From positions 1 to 32,546 of the forward strand of contig JAQGDQ010001612.1 in NCBI GenBank assembly GCA_030141605.1: a stretch of DNA of 32,546 bases, read 5' to 3'. The stretch comes from Tubiluchus corallicola (lineage: Eukaryota > Animalia > Priapulida). Both the position numbers and the translations under genes were made by a program. Positions 1-11,395 of this stretch are shown here, piece by piece. The first letter of the stretch is position 1. Every line of letters begins with the position of its first letter. A model generated the notes under the pieces. The model was given only the letters and a program-made list of their open reading frames with translations, was not told the DNA's origin and did not search any database.

Positions 1-403
1 ATATATATATATGTGTATGCATACACACACACACACACACACACACCGCGCGCACGCACACATACACATATCCGATGTCCCTTACAGATGAAGTTGAGTC
101 AGACCAAGGATGTATCTAGACCTGTACTTTTCTGTACTTTTACCCATATTTTTATGGATTATTGCTACACATTTGCTTTGATCATAGGGTCCCTTATATG
201 CGAGGTAATTTACCTGGGTTTCTATTACGCGGGACCTGAAGATATTGTCCCTTTTAAACAAAAGTCCCTTATATCCGATTACCTTACATACGAAGATTGT
301 ATATATTTATATATACTGTATACTATATACATAATATTTTATGATGTAAAACAGGTCATAGAAACAATGCATATATTAAGGGAGCAGTATTCAAATTAGG
401 TAC

Positions 404-479
404 CTGTCTATCACATCACGATGCTTGAGTGTAGCAAAAAAGCAAGAGAGATTCTGTTTCAGATCTGCAGCCTCCATAC
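404..479 (-). CDS. Cytochrome P450, exon 3, left-arm copy (this gene body presumably continues off the window)
   Basis: Mirror of 7926-8001; collinear and co-oriented with exons 1-2; GMEAADLKQNLSCFFATLKHRDVIDR, phase 1-2. Confidence 0.75.
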
Positions 480-679
480 CTACGCAAATGTGAAATATGA
501 TACAATAACAACGTTTTCCACAAACACTTTTATTTAACCCCTTCACTGCTGCACAATTTGTATTGTCGAAGGTGTAGGAGAATATTTTAGGAAAAAGAAA
601 TGCTGCTACTGCTAGAGATAAAACTACAGACTATGGATTACTGCAACTTTTGCTACAACACTGTTATTTTTACAGTTAA

Positions 680-1221
680 AGGAAAACCGGACGATTGTTT
701 AGACTCAATCTCATTTTAATTTACTGTCCAAAATATACATCGGTGCCTATAAAAGTTAGAGCAATTGTTTTTTATATTTGAATAATTAGCTTAGAAAGTT
801 AATTACCGGCATCCAAACACAGCTATTGCTTACGTCAGAAACTAATCACAGTTTGTGCAAAGGCAGGCATCTCTCTTGCGCATCAAACACGTTCGCGTAA
901 ATGTTACTGGTCAAGTGCGTGATGTCACAAAATGGAGTTCTACGTTATATGACGTCAGAAACTAATACTGCAGTTCATGATCATGGTTATCACGGTACCG
1001 ACTTCTATTTGTCGACCACATGAATGTGACAAAAAGGCGCTGTTGCCAATCTTAGTAGATTCACTGAGCTGCGCGTAGCTTTGAAAGTTTAAGAAAATTT
1101 GAGTATCCAAGGTAATTAATACTTAATCTAAGCTTTGATTTTAAATTAGCTATTGTAGTTTTCAATATTTTAGAGCATTCTTCATTCTGAACTGATGTTT
1201 ACACAATCATCCGGTTTTCCT
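680..1221. mobile_element. Non-autonomous TIR element, Kolobok-like (left-arm copy)
   Basis: TTAA|AGGAAAACCGGACGATTGTTTAGAC ... GTTTACACAATCATCCGGTTTTCCT|TTAA: ~25-bp imperfect TIRs and a TTAA TSD. Confidence 0.75.
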
Positions 1222-1511
1222 TTAAAACTATCACTGCTACCACCATAGCTGTTGACACCCTCCACCCCTGATTTCCACTGCTGTCCTCTATAATGACCAC
1301 CATTTTCATCAGCACCAGTTTTGTCAAGTCATTTCAAAAGCGGTTTTGTTTTGCGTTGTATAATTCAAAGCATCTTGCAAAATATGAGGTAAAAAAACAA
1401 AAGCTGCAGCACATAGTCAGTAATAACAGCAATCTTTTCTGCAAGTTCTGTCTAGCGCTTTTAGCTTCGGGTATTTTCTGGTCTGCATATTACCATTTTG
1501 GTCAACAGAGG

Positions 1512-1876
1512 TGTTGTGTTTTGTTTCTCTCGGAAGGCTCGTAGAGAAAAACCAGAAAACACGCCGTCAAATAAAACTAGTTTATTTAGTGAGAATTCTA
1601 CAACACAAAAGTATGAAGGAACGAGAAATGATTACTGTAAACGTGAAAATCTGGAAAGTATATCTGAAAATGTAAGTATACAAGTATATGTCTGTGCGAG
1701 ATCTGCGTGTGTCCTGTGCGCTCTTGTGTCGGCAGCCTGCTTCGCCTTATATAGCGCGCCGAAGAAAATTCCAGAAGCAATGTTCGAGAACATTCCAGAC
1801 GGAAAGACGATCATTCCGACGGAACATTCTGCGATGTTCTACGTAATTCTAATTGATGCCAGCGATCTCCACAACA
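1512..1876 (-). mobile_element. Solo LTR, left-arm copy
   Basis: Mirror of 6529-6893, flanked by AGAGG on both sides. Confidence 0.85.
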
Positions 1877-2104
1877 AGAGGACAGCACCACTGTTTATTA
1901 TCAGTAGCCAGATTCATGAGGTCTTGTCATACAGGCCAGTTAGAATAGCATTATAATAAAAGCATTTTTCTCATCACAGAAGCATTGAAGTAGCTACTAT
2001 CACTGAAAGGGCAGCAACTTTTAGTATGAACACTATCTTATCCTATTCCTAAACAAAGAATGTTTATAAACTGTTTTATTACTTTTCAAAAATAAACCTC
2101 CAAC

Positions 2105-2993
2105 GAGGGATATCACGAATCCGAAATTACCGAATCTGAATCTAGTTTTGGAATCTAGATCGAATCCGAATCTCAGTTTAAAATCATTTTTTGAATCCGG
2201 ATCGAATCTGAATCTTAGTTTAAAAAAAATTTCGAAACCGGATCAAATCTCGATTTTGCAAATAGTTCTTTCAACCGAATCTTTGCAAATCTACTCAGTT
2301 TTCAACCAAACTGTGGCAGATTGGTAAGACTGCAGAGTTTTTCATGAAGATTACAGATGGCCTGTCTGCACAGGGTGTTTGGCAGTAGTTCTGCAACAAA
2401 AAACAATATAGATGATTCAATTATTTTGTAAAAGATCTTTTCTACAAACGACTAACAACGTAAAATGATCGTTAGTCAAAAAATTCTTTGATGTGCCTTT
2501 ACCTACACTCCATGAATCCGTGTAGTGAGGACGACAAAAAAAAACACACGTTCGCTTAAGCCACATCGTGCGATGTTAGCGAAGCCACGTTCCAAAGTCA
2601 AATCAATACGAGAAATTTTGGCATTTTTGTTGAAATTAGCAGTTAAAATCGTAATGTGATGCCAGCTTTCGCGTAGGATTTCATGAGTCGGACACATGCT
2701 GAAACTGAATATGGCGATGCGGGCATGTTTCAAGTAGGGCAAAAGTATCAAAAAAGGGAGTGATTTCAGGAATTTGCAGAAAGATGAAAAGGTAAATGAA
2801 CGTATAATGCTTTTATAATAAAGTGCTACCGAATCGCCTCTGTAGCAGTTCTAAGCTAAACCGGATCTTTTTCAAAAGTCTTTGCGAATCTGGATGCATC
2901 TAAGGTAACTAAAACTTCAAGGAAGCAGGGCGAAGCGCAGATTCTGATTCAGTTTCGAAGCTAAAGTTCTGTCGGAGCTTCGTGATATCCCTA
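2105..2993. mobile_element. Old hAT-like non-autonomous element in P450 intron 2
   Basis: TIR AGGGATATCACGAA (2106) / TTCGTGATATCCCT (2979-2992); subterminal GAATCC/GAATCT repeats; degenerate 8-bp TSD cctccaac / gctgcaac. Confidence 0.65.
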
Positions 2994-3042
2994 GCTGCAA
3001 CAGCAGACTGAAGCGATTTAATAGAAACAGGAGAACACATAC

Positions 3043-3120
3043 CATCAGAAAAAAGTAGATTGTCACCATAAACTTGATAAAAATATTCCCTGTAACCCAT
3101 ATCAAAATCTTCGTGCTTTT
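3043..3120 (-). CDS. Cytochrome P450, coding exon 2
   Basis: ttttttcag|...|gtatgt; 78 nt, phase 1-1; EKHEDFDMGYREYFYQVYGDNLLFSDG continues the exon 1 frame (B'-helix region). Confidence 0.82.
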
Positions 3121-4060
3121 CTGAAAAAAAATTCACTAAATAAATTTAGCTTATTTAGTGAATACGTGCTGTGAATGATATTCTTTAATTTCATGCAATG
3201 CTATCCGAATATGTTCCGAGAGACTTGCCATTAAAACGGCAGCGTCTAACTGTCACAACGGGAGCTCAAATTTTCAAGTTTTATACAACGTTACTACCAA
3301 CACAAACTCTGTATGCAATAAGGCAACAATTCTGTAATGTAAGGTACAGACATACAATAATGCAAGTGATGCAAAATTTGTTCAAAAGGAGTCTGGATAA
3401 ATTTTATTTTTTCTAAACTGATACTGATACTGGAACCTTGTATTACAGTGAATTTTGAGTGCTTATGTTTATAATGTTATGAACAGCTATGTACACAAAC
3501 AGTATAGAAACTCATTACAGCTGTGTACAAATACGAAAGAGCTACGCATACGGTACAGCAACTCAGACCAACAATAAAAATACTTCTATTTCTGTCTAAT
3601 CGCCAAGGTGATATTTTTTTTATCGCATACCTGGCCGGGAATTTTTTAATTTTTTTATGTTCATATACTTACTTTGAGACATTACTTTGAAAGTGCATTT
3701 TTTAATTTGAAATGTAAAATGCAATAATTATTATAACATCGTTCTTTCGGGGAATGCAGCGCAGCCTCGGCTAACTCTTGGCCAGGGTTGCCAATAGAAT
3801 TTTCTGCCAAATCTGTGTATTCACGACCGATTAGTGCTGCCACTTATACCATAATTATCAGAATATACATTCATGATACAAAAAAGAAACTATACAATAA
3901 TCGATAATTATATGATAATTTAGCAATGCGAAACCAAAAAACAAAGCATGAAAAAATGTGCATTTAAAATATTAAAACATATTGCTAACCAGTGTGTTCA
4001 CAGGGAAATAAACAAACTGTCATTTCAAATGATTTTAAATAGTTCACGATTCAGCTTTAA

Positions 4061-4494
4061 CCCTTTCATACCCGTTGTATCCCGTGGGATATGAAAATAT
4101 TTTCTGCCTTTAAAATTAATAAAATTTTAAAACTGACTGTTATTTGATCTGTTAATAGTTATTTTGATTTAAGCCAATAACAATAAACTAAAAATAGTGA
4201 TAAAATGGCACTCTACATAGCATAAAAAAATGCGCAAGGTACAGTACTTTACAGACGACTTTGTACAGATCAGCATAGCATGCATAACTAAATGTCTTAA
4301 ATACTTTAAAAAATTATCAGCAGTTGCAAAATGAAGCACATTTTATGCTTCCATTGAATCCCAATGTATCCCGTGGGACGTGGGCACAGGTAGAAAAAAA
4401 TAATTATTATGTGTAAACAAGATGGACATACTGAACAAAAGTACCAAGCTAAAAATTTTTTTCTTATTAAAAAAATAATTTGGGACTGAAAGGG
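4061..4494. mobile_element. piggyBac-like MITE in P450 intron 1
   Basis: TTAA|CCCTTTCA ... TGAAAGGG|TTAA; internal tgtatcccgtggga occurs twice. Confidence 0.75.
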
Positions 4495-4622
4495 TTAAAC
4501 ATTCACAAACATTCCTCCCTTCCTACTGATACCTTCTGAGCTTATGAGGTAAGGCAGAAACAAGTTTTTCTTGTGGCCGGCCCCATAAACAGCTGTGTAC
4601 ACACATATAAAATTACACATAC

Positions 4623-4812
4623 CGTACAGCAACTCGTGAACAGCCGCGTTAGATCCGATGAAAACCGTAGGTCGGTTTAGCAGGCGAGCTTGAAACACAC
4701 GACTCTTGTAACGCCTCATATGCCTCTCCGCAAACTCTTCAGGGCTGCGATAGAAATCAATAGCCTTGTCCCCAAATAGCAAGCACCCGCAGCTGCCCGG
4801 CACGCTCGCCAT
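4623..4812 (-). CDS. Cytochrome P450 (CYP26/CYP120-like), coding exon 1
   Basis: MASVPGSCGCLLFGDKAIDFYRSPEEFAERHMRRYKSRVFQARLLNRPTVFIGSNAAVHELLY resembles the PGxxGxPxxG...RPTV N-terminus of CYP26/CYP120. Upstream acceptor ttgcag (exon starts 4853); phase-1 donor G|gtatgt. Confidence 0.85.
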
Positions 4813-4946
4813 CTCTGTCCAGGATGACCTTCCGGTCAATCAGGTCAACATTTCTGCAAGAAAATTGCCATGAAATTCGATAAAAAAGTAAATTACTACG
4901 TATACACAAACGCACAAAATGCTAATTCAAAACTAATCACGTGCAT

Positions 4947-5126
4947 CAACAGCAGCACCAGCAACAGCAACAACAATAGCGACAGCGACAACAACAACAA
5001 AAGCGACAACGGCAACAATAACAACAATGACAACAACAATGACAACAAAAACAGCAGCAACAACAACAACAGCAACAACAAAAAAACGACAGCAAGAACA
5101 ATGACAACAATAGCAACAATAACAAA
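4947..5126. repeat. Degenerate (AAC)n trinucleotide low-complexity tract
   Basis: aacaacaat/gacaacagc runs; source of the poly-Asn and poly-Leu ORFs. Confidence 0.9.
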
Positions 5127-5189
5127 AAACATTAAAGTTACCCACACCAAATAAAAAAGACATCAAAAACCTAAAAAAATTTGATGTAT

Positions 5190-5460
5190 ATTGCACATCA
5201 GATTCATGGGCATTTCCAGATTGTACAATTCTGCCAAGCAGACTACAATAACACTTGCGTCGTATATGAACAAAATGTGGGAGAGATAAATCTAAACACA
5301 TCTGAGATGCAGTGAACACATATTTAAGTTTAAAAAGTTTCCTTATACCATTGTTGTATGACACCCTAACTTTCTCTAGAACGAATTTGTCAAAATTAAC
5401 CCACAGTGAACAACAATAGAATGTTTCAACAGAAACTTGTAAAGGGAAACGATTTAACAT
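5190..5460 (-). mobile_element. LINE (CR1/L2-type) ORF2 C-terminal fragment
   Basis: FYCCSLWVNFDKFVLEKVRVSYNNGIRKLF...TASQM...LPHFVHIRRKCYCSLLGRIVQSGN resembles post-RT C-termini of CR1/L2-group LINEs. Confidence 0.65.
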
Positions 5461-6528
5461 TAGCAGAACAGTTACTAAACTTCAGTACTAAAATGTGAAT
5501 TTATGGCAGTAAACCACAGTTCCCACTCTTCCAAACTACAACGCGTGATTTACTAATTTCTTTTTACAGCCCGTTGTTCATCTATGTTGTTAGAAACTAT
5601 TGAATGCATACAAGCAGTCAAAGATTAACTGAAAAACAGATCGAATAAAAATAAATTAGTTAATTTGTGCAATTAATAACAGCTTATTTTATCTTTCTTG
5701 GAGTACGCGATATCCCGTATTAAATTATCGCACAACTACATGCTTACCATCTAGAAAAAATATTTGTAATTATTGGCAAGTTACTAAATCTATTTATTGG
5801 GTAAATGATTCGCTGGTTATTTTAAACTTTGCACTCAACAAATTATTTACGGGAATTCAGTGCAAACTTCTCTCTTACCTAATCTGAGAGTATTATTACA
5901 AAGACTAAGGCCACTTACAAATGACCAAGTTTCTGTCTTGGCGTGTAGAAATAGATCCGTGTGACGTCATGCTCACATTACACAGGTCATACAACGAACA
6001 CTATGAAAGCAAAATTGATATTTAATTTTTGGGGTATCATAACCAATTTAAATATCTCAACGCGTCTTTAACATAATCATGTTGTCCTAAACATCATAAC
6101 TTTAATTTAAACATAATTTTACTACGGTTTGTACCAGAAAATTTTTACAGCTTATGCGCGGGCACTCCCTGCTTAGTAATATATAGTATCTATGTAAAAA
6201 TATTTACAAAGTTATCATAGTTACTTGGTTTGAGTAAACACAAATAAACAAATTGTAAATAGTTAGCTATTTAGCCTGCGCACTAAACTGGTTTATCAGT
6301 AAACATTAATTTTTGCTATATAGGATATAGTACAAATAAATTCCAGTAATCATCATTTAAAACGCCTCGATTTGGTTATACTAAAAGTTGCTGCCCTTTC
6401 AGTGATAGTAGCTACTTCAATGCTTCTGTGATGAGAAAAATGCTTTTATTATAATGCTATTCTAACTGGCCTGTATGACAAGACCTCATGAATCTGGCTA
6501 CTGATAATAAACAGTGGTGCTGTCCTCT

Positions 6529-6893
6529 TGTTGTGGAGATCGCTGGCATCAATTAGAATTACGTAGAACATCGCAGAATGTTCCGTCGGAATGATCGTCT
6601 TTCCGTCTGGAATGTTCTCGAACATTGCTTCTGGAATTTTCTTCGGCGCGCTATATAAGGCGAAGCAGGCTGCCGACACAAGAGCGCACAGGACACACGC
6701 AGATCTCGCACAGACATATACTTGTATACTTACATTTTCAGATATACTTTCCAGATTTTCACGTTTACAGTAATCATTTCTCGTTCCTTCATACTTTTGT
6801 GTTGTAGAATTCTCACTAAATAAACTAGTTTTATTTGACGGCGTGTTTTCTGGTTTTTCTCTACGAGCCTTCCGAGAGAAACAAAACACAACA
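6529..6893 (+). mobile_element. Solo LTR (365 bp), right-arm copy
   Basis: TGTTGTG...CACAACA termini, 5-bp TSD CCTCT (6524-6528 / 6894-6898), internal TATATAA (6652) and downstream AATAAA (~6819). Confidence 0.85.
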
Positions 6894-7183
6894 CCTCTGT
6901 TGACCAAAATGGTAATATGCAGACCAGAAAATACCCGAAGCTAAAAGCGCTAGACAGAACTTGCAGAAAAGATTGCTGTTATTACTGACTATGTGCTGCA
7001 GCTTTTGTTTTTTTACCTCATATTTTGCAAGATGCTTTGAATTATACAACGCAAAACAAAACCGCTTTTGAAATGACTTGACAAAACTGGTGCTGATGAA
7101 AATGGTGGTCATTATAGAGGACAGCAGTGGAAATCAGGGGTGGAGGGTGTCAACAGCTATGGTGGTAGCAGTGATAGTTTTAA

Positions 7184-7725
7184 AGGAAAACCGGATGATT
7201 GTGTAAACATCAGTTCAGAATGAAGAATGCTCTAAAATATTGAAAACTACAATAGCTAATTTAAAATCAAAGCTTAGATTAAGTATTAATTACCTTGGAT
7301 ACTCAAATTTTCTTAAACTTTCAAAGCTACGCGCAGCTCAGTGAATCTACTAAGATTGGCAACAGCGCCTTTTTGTCACATTCATGTGGTCGACAAATAG
7401 AAGTCGGTACCGTGATAACCATGATCATGAACTGCAGTATTAGTTTCTGACGTCATATAACGTAGAACTCCATTTTGTGACATCACGCACTTGACCAGTA
7501 ACATTTACGCGAACGTGTTTGATGCGCAAGAGAGATGCCTGCCTTTGCACAAACTGTGATTAGTTTCTGACGTAAGCAATAGCTGTGTTTGGATGCCGGT
7601 AATTAACTTTCTAAGCTAATTATTCAAATATAAAAAACAATTGCTCTAACTTTTATAGGCACCGATGTATATTTTGGACAGTAAATTAAAATGAGATTGA
7701 GTCTAAACAATCGTCCGGTTTTCCT
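7184..7725. mobile_element. Kolobok-like TIR element (right-arm copy)
   Basis: Mirror of 680-1221. Confidence 0.75.
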
Positions 7726-7925
7726 TTAACTGTAAAAATAACAGTGTTGTAGCAAAAGTTGCAGTAATCCATAGTCTGTAGTTTTATCTCTAGCAGTAGC
7801 AGCATTTCTTTTTCCTAAAATATTCTCCTACACCTTCGACAATACAAATTGTGCAGCAGTGAAGGGGTTAAATAAAAGTGTTTGTGGAAAACGTTGTTAT
7901 TGTATCATATTTCACATTTGCGTAG

Positions 7926-8001
7926 GTATGGAGGCTGCAGATCTGAAACAGAATCTCTCTTGCTTTTTTGCTACACTCAAGCATCGTGATGTGATAGACA
8001 G
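7926..8001 (+). CDS. Cytochrome P450, exon 3, right-arm copy
   Basis: catttgcgtag|GTATGGAG...GACAG|gtacct; 76 nt, phase 1-2; bridges the exon 2 and exon 4 phases. Confidence 0.75.
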
Positions 8002-8624
8002 GTACCTAATTTGAATACTGCTCCCTTAATATATGCATTGTTTCTATGACCTGTTTTACATCATAAAATATTATGTATATAGTATACAGTATATATAAAT
8101 ATATACAATCTTCGTATGTAAGGTAATCGGATATAAGGGACTTTTGTTTAAAAGGGACAATATCTTCAGGTCCCGCGTAATAGAAACCCAGGTAAATTAC
8201 CTCGCATATAAGGGACCCTATGATCAAAGCAAATGTGTAGCAATAATCCATAAAAATATGGGTAAAAGTACAGAAAAGTACAGGTCTAGATACATCCTTG
8301 GTCTGACTCAACTTCATCTGTAAGGGACATCGGATATGTGTATGTGTGCGTGCGCGCGGTGTGTGTGTGTGTGTGTGTGTGTGTATGCATACACATATAT
8401 ATATATATATAGTGTAATAGAGTAGATTCTGCATAATTCGGTTCTGTATAACTCGTAATATCATTTGTCTTGGACTGATTTGGTAGAACAGATTTATTTC
8501 TATGTAAATTAATGCTCTAAGCCATCACAATTTGGTGTTTTTAACTCAGTATATAGCTGAATTTGTTGAATTTTTAGGAATAATTTATGCAAAGCCGATT
8601 GTATTTTTGCGCTGCTTATTTCAG

Positions 8625-8654
8625 ATACGCAGAAATATTGTCAGTACAATGGAG
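8625..8654 (+). CDS. Cytochrome P450, micro-exon 4 (30 nt)
   Basis: tatttcag|...GGAG|gtgcga; YAEILSVQWR; phase 2-2. Confidence 0.6.
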
Positions 8655-10041
8655 GTGCGAATTTCTGGCTGTTTCCTCACTAGGGGTGTAAAACAATCAG
8701 AATCAAGTTTCAGTTTCAATTTTGAATTGTAAAAGTATAGTGTCCGTGAAGTTAGTTACACACACTAAATGATATAAGACAAATTAGAGTTCGTATAGTA
8801 ATTAATAAAATAATAAATTGTAACTTAAGTATATACATAGATGAGAATAACGCATAGGCATGCACAAGTAAGTACATTTGAGAATGATCTAATAAACTGC
8901 AATTATGTCGTGACGCTAAAGTTGTCGCTGGGGTGTTTTGGGGAGAGCCAACAACTGACATTGGCAGGTTTATCTGACTGTTTTTGAAGTTGCGATGTTC
9001 GTGTTAAACAGATGAAATCACTGGATGAAAACATGGTTTAAGTTTGCGATATGTATTTTACTCAAAATCATAGTCTCATAGTCAGTCCACATATACACGA
9101 AAATGGTAAACATAATCAACAGTAGTAAACAAAAGTCAAAGTAAGTTCATCAGCCAATATATCATGACACCTGAGTCAAGACATTATTATAACCACACAA
9201 CTGTTTAAGCCTATTGCTTGTCCTCTAATCTTACTACCAAGTGTAAAACTACTACATTCACAGAGAAGCCCAGTAACCAAGTTCCATACAAACATATAGC
9301 AGTAGCAAGTACATACACATATTGGAAACTTCCAAGTGTGCAAACAGATGTCAGCACTGACTTAGTGGTAATGAAAAACTAAAGTTTAAAACTACAAATC
9401 AAAATTAATAATAAACTGTAAATTAAATGCTCGCATCTGCGACAAATTATACATATAATATACATGTGTGCTTGCATAGCAAAATCGTCCATAAGTCCGC
9501 ACTTAAGCTTTTCTAGTTATTCACATGCTTGTAATGTTAATGCATTGCATATATAATTTCGCTTGAAAATCTATCGCATGAGAGTAGTGATTACAAAAAT
9601 TATCAAATATAACGTAATTGCTGCTTAGTGAGAGCAGTTTTTCATGAACCCATTGCAAATTAGTTTACGGTCCTAAAGGAGTTAATCATTTAAAGCAAAC
9701 TAACAGACATTTGGCCAAGAAGAAGCAACTTCCATTTCAAATAAATAGTTGCATTCAAGCACAAAGTGCCTCCAACAAGTAATGAATGCACAAATATGCA
9801 TATTTGCCAAACCTGGGCAGTTTGTTTGGCTCTTAGCCATTTGAATTATACAGAATTTTCTGTAGTTCTTTTTACACTTGTGATAGGTTTCGAGATGAAT
9901 GTAATTTTTCCATGCTTCTACAAAAATAGTCTGCTACAATTCTATTTTTTTCTTTTTGCATGAACAATGTGTGCATTTGTTGAGTAATTTTTTCTTTCTT
10001 CTTCCTGTTATTAATTTTCTTTTTGTTTTTTTTTACTGCAG

Positions 10042-10077
10042 GTACATAAGTGATGCAGTTTCACAGTTGGAAACGAG
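10042..10077 (+). CDS. Cytochrome P450, micro-exon 5 (36 nt)
   Basis: Long polypyrimidine tract plus tgcag|...CGAG|gtatgc; YISDAVSQLETR; phase 2-2. Confidence 0.7.
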
Positions 10078-10130
10078 GTATGCCATTAATTACCTTTTGG
10101 TGCTTTACAATCTGTAAAATGGGTAACTTT

Positions 10131-10405
10131 TTTTGTGACAATAACATCCGTTTGCTCCCGTGTGCAGAAATTTTTGCAGCCACGATGATGCTATTTTGCG
10201 AAATTTTTTGACAATAACATCCGTTTGCTCCCGTGTGCAGAAATTTTGCAGCAACGATGATGCTATTTTGCAAAATTTTGTGACAATAACTTCCATTTGC
10301 TCCCGTGTGCACAAGTTTTTGCAGCCACGATGATGCTATTTTGCGAAATTTTGTGACAATAACTTCTGTTTGCTGCTGTTTACATGACTTTTTGCAGCGA
10401 TGATG
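10131..10405. repeat. Minisatellite, ~73-bp unit, about 3.7 copies (P450 intron 5)
   Basis: gacaataac recurs at 10137, 10210, 10282 and 10355. Confidence 0.9.
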
Positions 10406-10449
10406 ATGGTGAAGCAGCATCGCAACTGACTTTTCTCTCATTTTTTCAG

Positions 10450-10663
10450 GAAGCCAACATTGTCCATTTATCAGCACTTCAAGGGTGTGTTTTTCGAACT
10501 CTGCCTCGCCCTCTTCTTGGATGTTCATCGGAGCACCGCACCCGATCTCGTCACACGCCTGAAGAATCTCTGCACTACGCACTGGCATGGAATAATATCA
10601 GTGCCTGTGAATATGAGGGTCCCGGGCATCTTGTCTGGCTACAGTAAATCAATTCAAGCAAAG
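10450..10663 (+). CDS. Cytochrome P450, exon 6 (E-F-G helices)
   Basis: ttttttcag|...AAG|gtatgt; KPTLSIYQHFKGVFFELCLALFLD...HWHGIISVPVNMRVPGILSGYSKSIQAK resembles CYP26 VYxxxKxLxF...FSLPxxxPxSxYxKG. Confidence 0.85.
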
Positions 10664-10744
10664 GTATGTTCTTTTGTTTTTTTATTCAAATCACCCAAAG
10701 AGATCATTGGCCTCTCGAAGTAAAAATACAATTGCAGGAAAAAA

Positions 10745-10912
10745 TGAAAATATGCATACAAATGTGATTACAAATACAAATATGAATACAAATATGAACA
10801 TGAACATTTAAATGAATATGAGTGCAAATACAGATATGAATACAAATATAAATGCAAATACAACTATGAATATGAATACAAAAGCATTACAAATACAAAT
10901 ACGAATATGAAT
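10745..10912. repeat. Degenerate hexamer repeat (AATATG/AATACA)n
   Basis: Visible 6-bp periodicity. Confidence 0.8.
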
Positions 10913-11395
10913 AGATTTTTGCGCAAATTTGAAATAGAATTTATATAACTAATTTGCTAGTGACTGAAGGTACTTGTTGATGTTCTTTTTGAATCGAGTA
11001 AGGTTGTAGTCGTTAGGAAATGTTTTTCTTGTAAAGAATTCCACAAATAAGAAGCCCGGGGGGAAAGGGCAGGTGCAGAGATGTAAATCTTTTGCCATTT
11101 GCAGCGATTCTTTCTTTTTTCATTTGCAATTAGAGACATCTTACGCTGTGTATGCTCTATTTGTTTACATGTTGTGAAAGTTTTTAATTTTTCCTTTGTA
11201 GTACTCCGGGGGTGCCCGGCACTTAGCTCATTGTCAAGGGCAAGTGGGTCTCATCTTATCACTAAGCCAAAAATTTCAAGAATATTTTTGGCTCCTGTTT
11301 GCACTTTGCCAGACTCCAGTGTTACAATGTCATGATATGAATAAAAAAGTTTGTGTATCTGTGTAGAATTTTTCTGTAATTGTATTTTTTTATAG

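Larger units (their letters stand above)
1..2027. repeat. Left arm of a long near-perfect inverted repeat (continues off the window start)
   Basis: Reverse complement of 6378-8406. Position x pairs with 8405-x: ORFs 1498-1956/6449-6907 and 1293-1544/6861-7112 translate identically. Identity stops at ...ttttagtat (2027). The only difference found is (CA)12 here versus (GT)13 in the right arm; not every base was compared. Confidence 0.97.
6378..8406. repeat. Right arm of the long inverted repeat (may extend further; its partner leaves the window)
   Basis: Starts atactaaaagttgctgccc, the reverse complement of 2009-2027, and mirrors 1-2027. Confidence 0.97.

Noticed and set aside
1498-1956. 152-aa ORF duplicated in both inverted-repeat arms (also 6449-6907)
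   Set aside because: Runs antisense through the solo LTR and across its boundaries, has no domain similarity, and is duplicated only because of the inverted repeat.
4870-5154. Poly-Asn and poly-Leu ORFs
   Set aside because: Translations of an (AAC)n low-complexity tract.
5740-5970. Putative non-coding first exon and promoter of the P450 (minus-strand donors gtaagc ~5746 and gtaaga ~5878; CRE TGACGTCA at 5962-5969)
   Set aside because: Plausible location, but short motifs alone cannot fix the exon or TSS; not reported as a feature.
1-8406. Inverted repeats as TIRs of a giant foldback/Maverick transposon
   Set aside because: The arms consist of host P450 intron and exon 3 with nested small TEs, and the spacer has no transposase, integrase or polymerase. 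The outer ends cannot be seen in this window.
10061-10588. 175-aa minus-strand ORF
   Set aside because: Made of the antisense of P450 exon 6 plus the 73-bp minisatellite; no independent coding signal.
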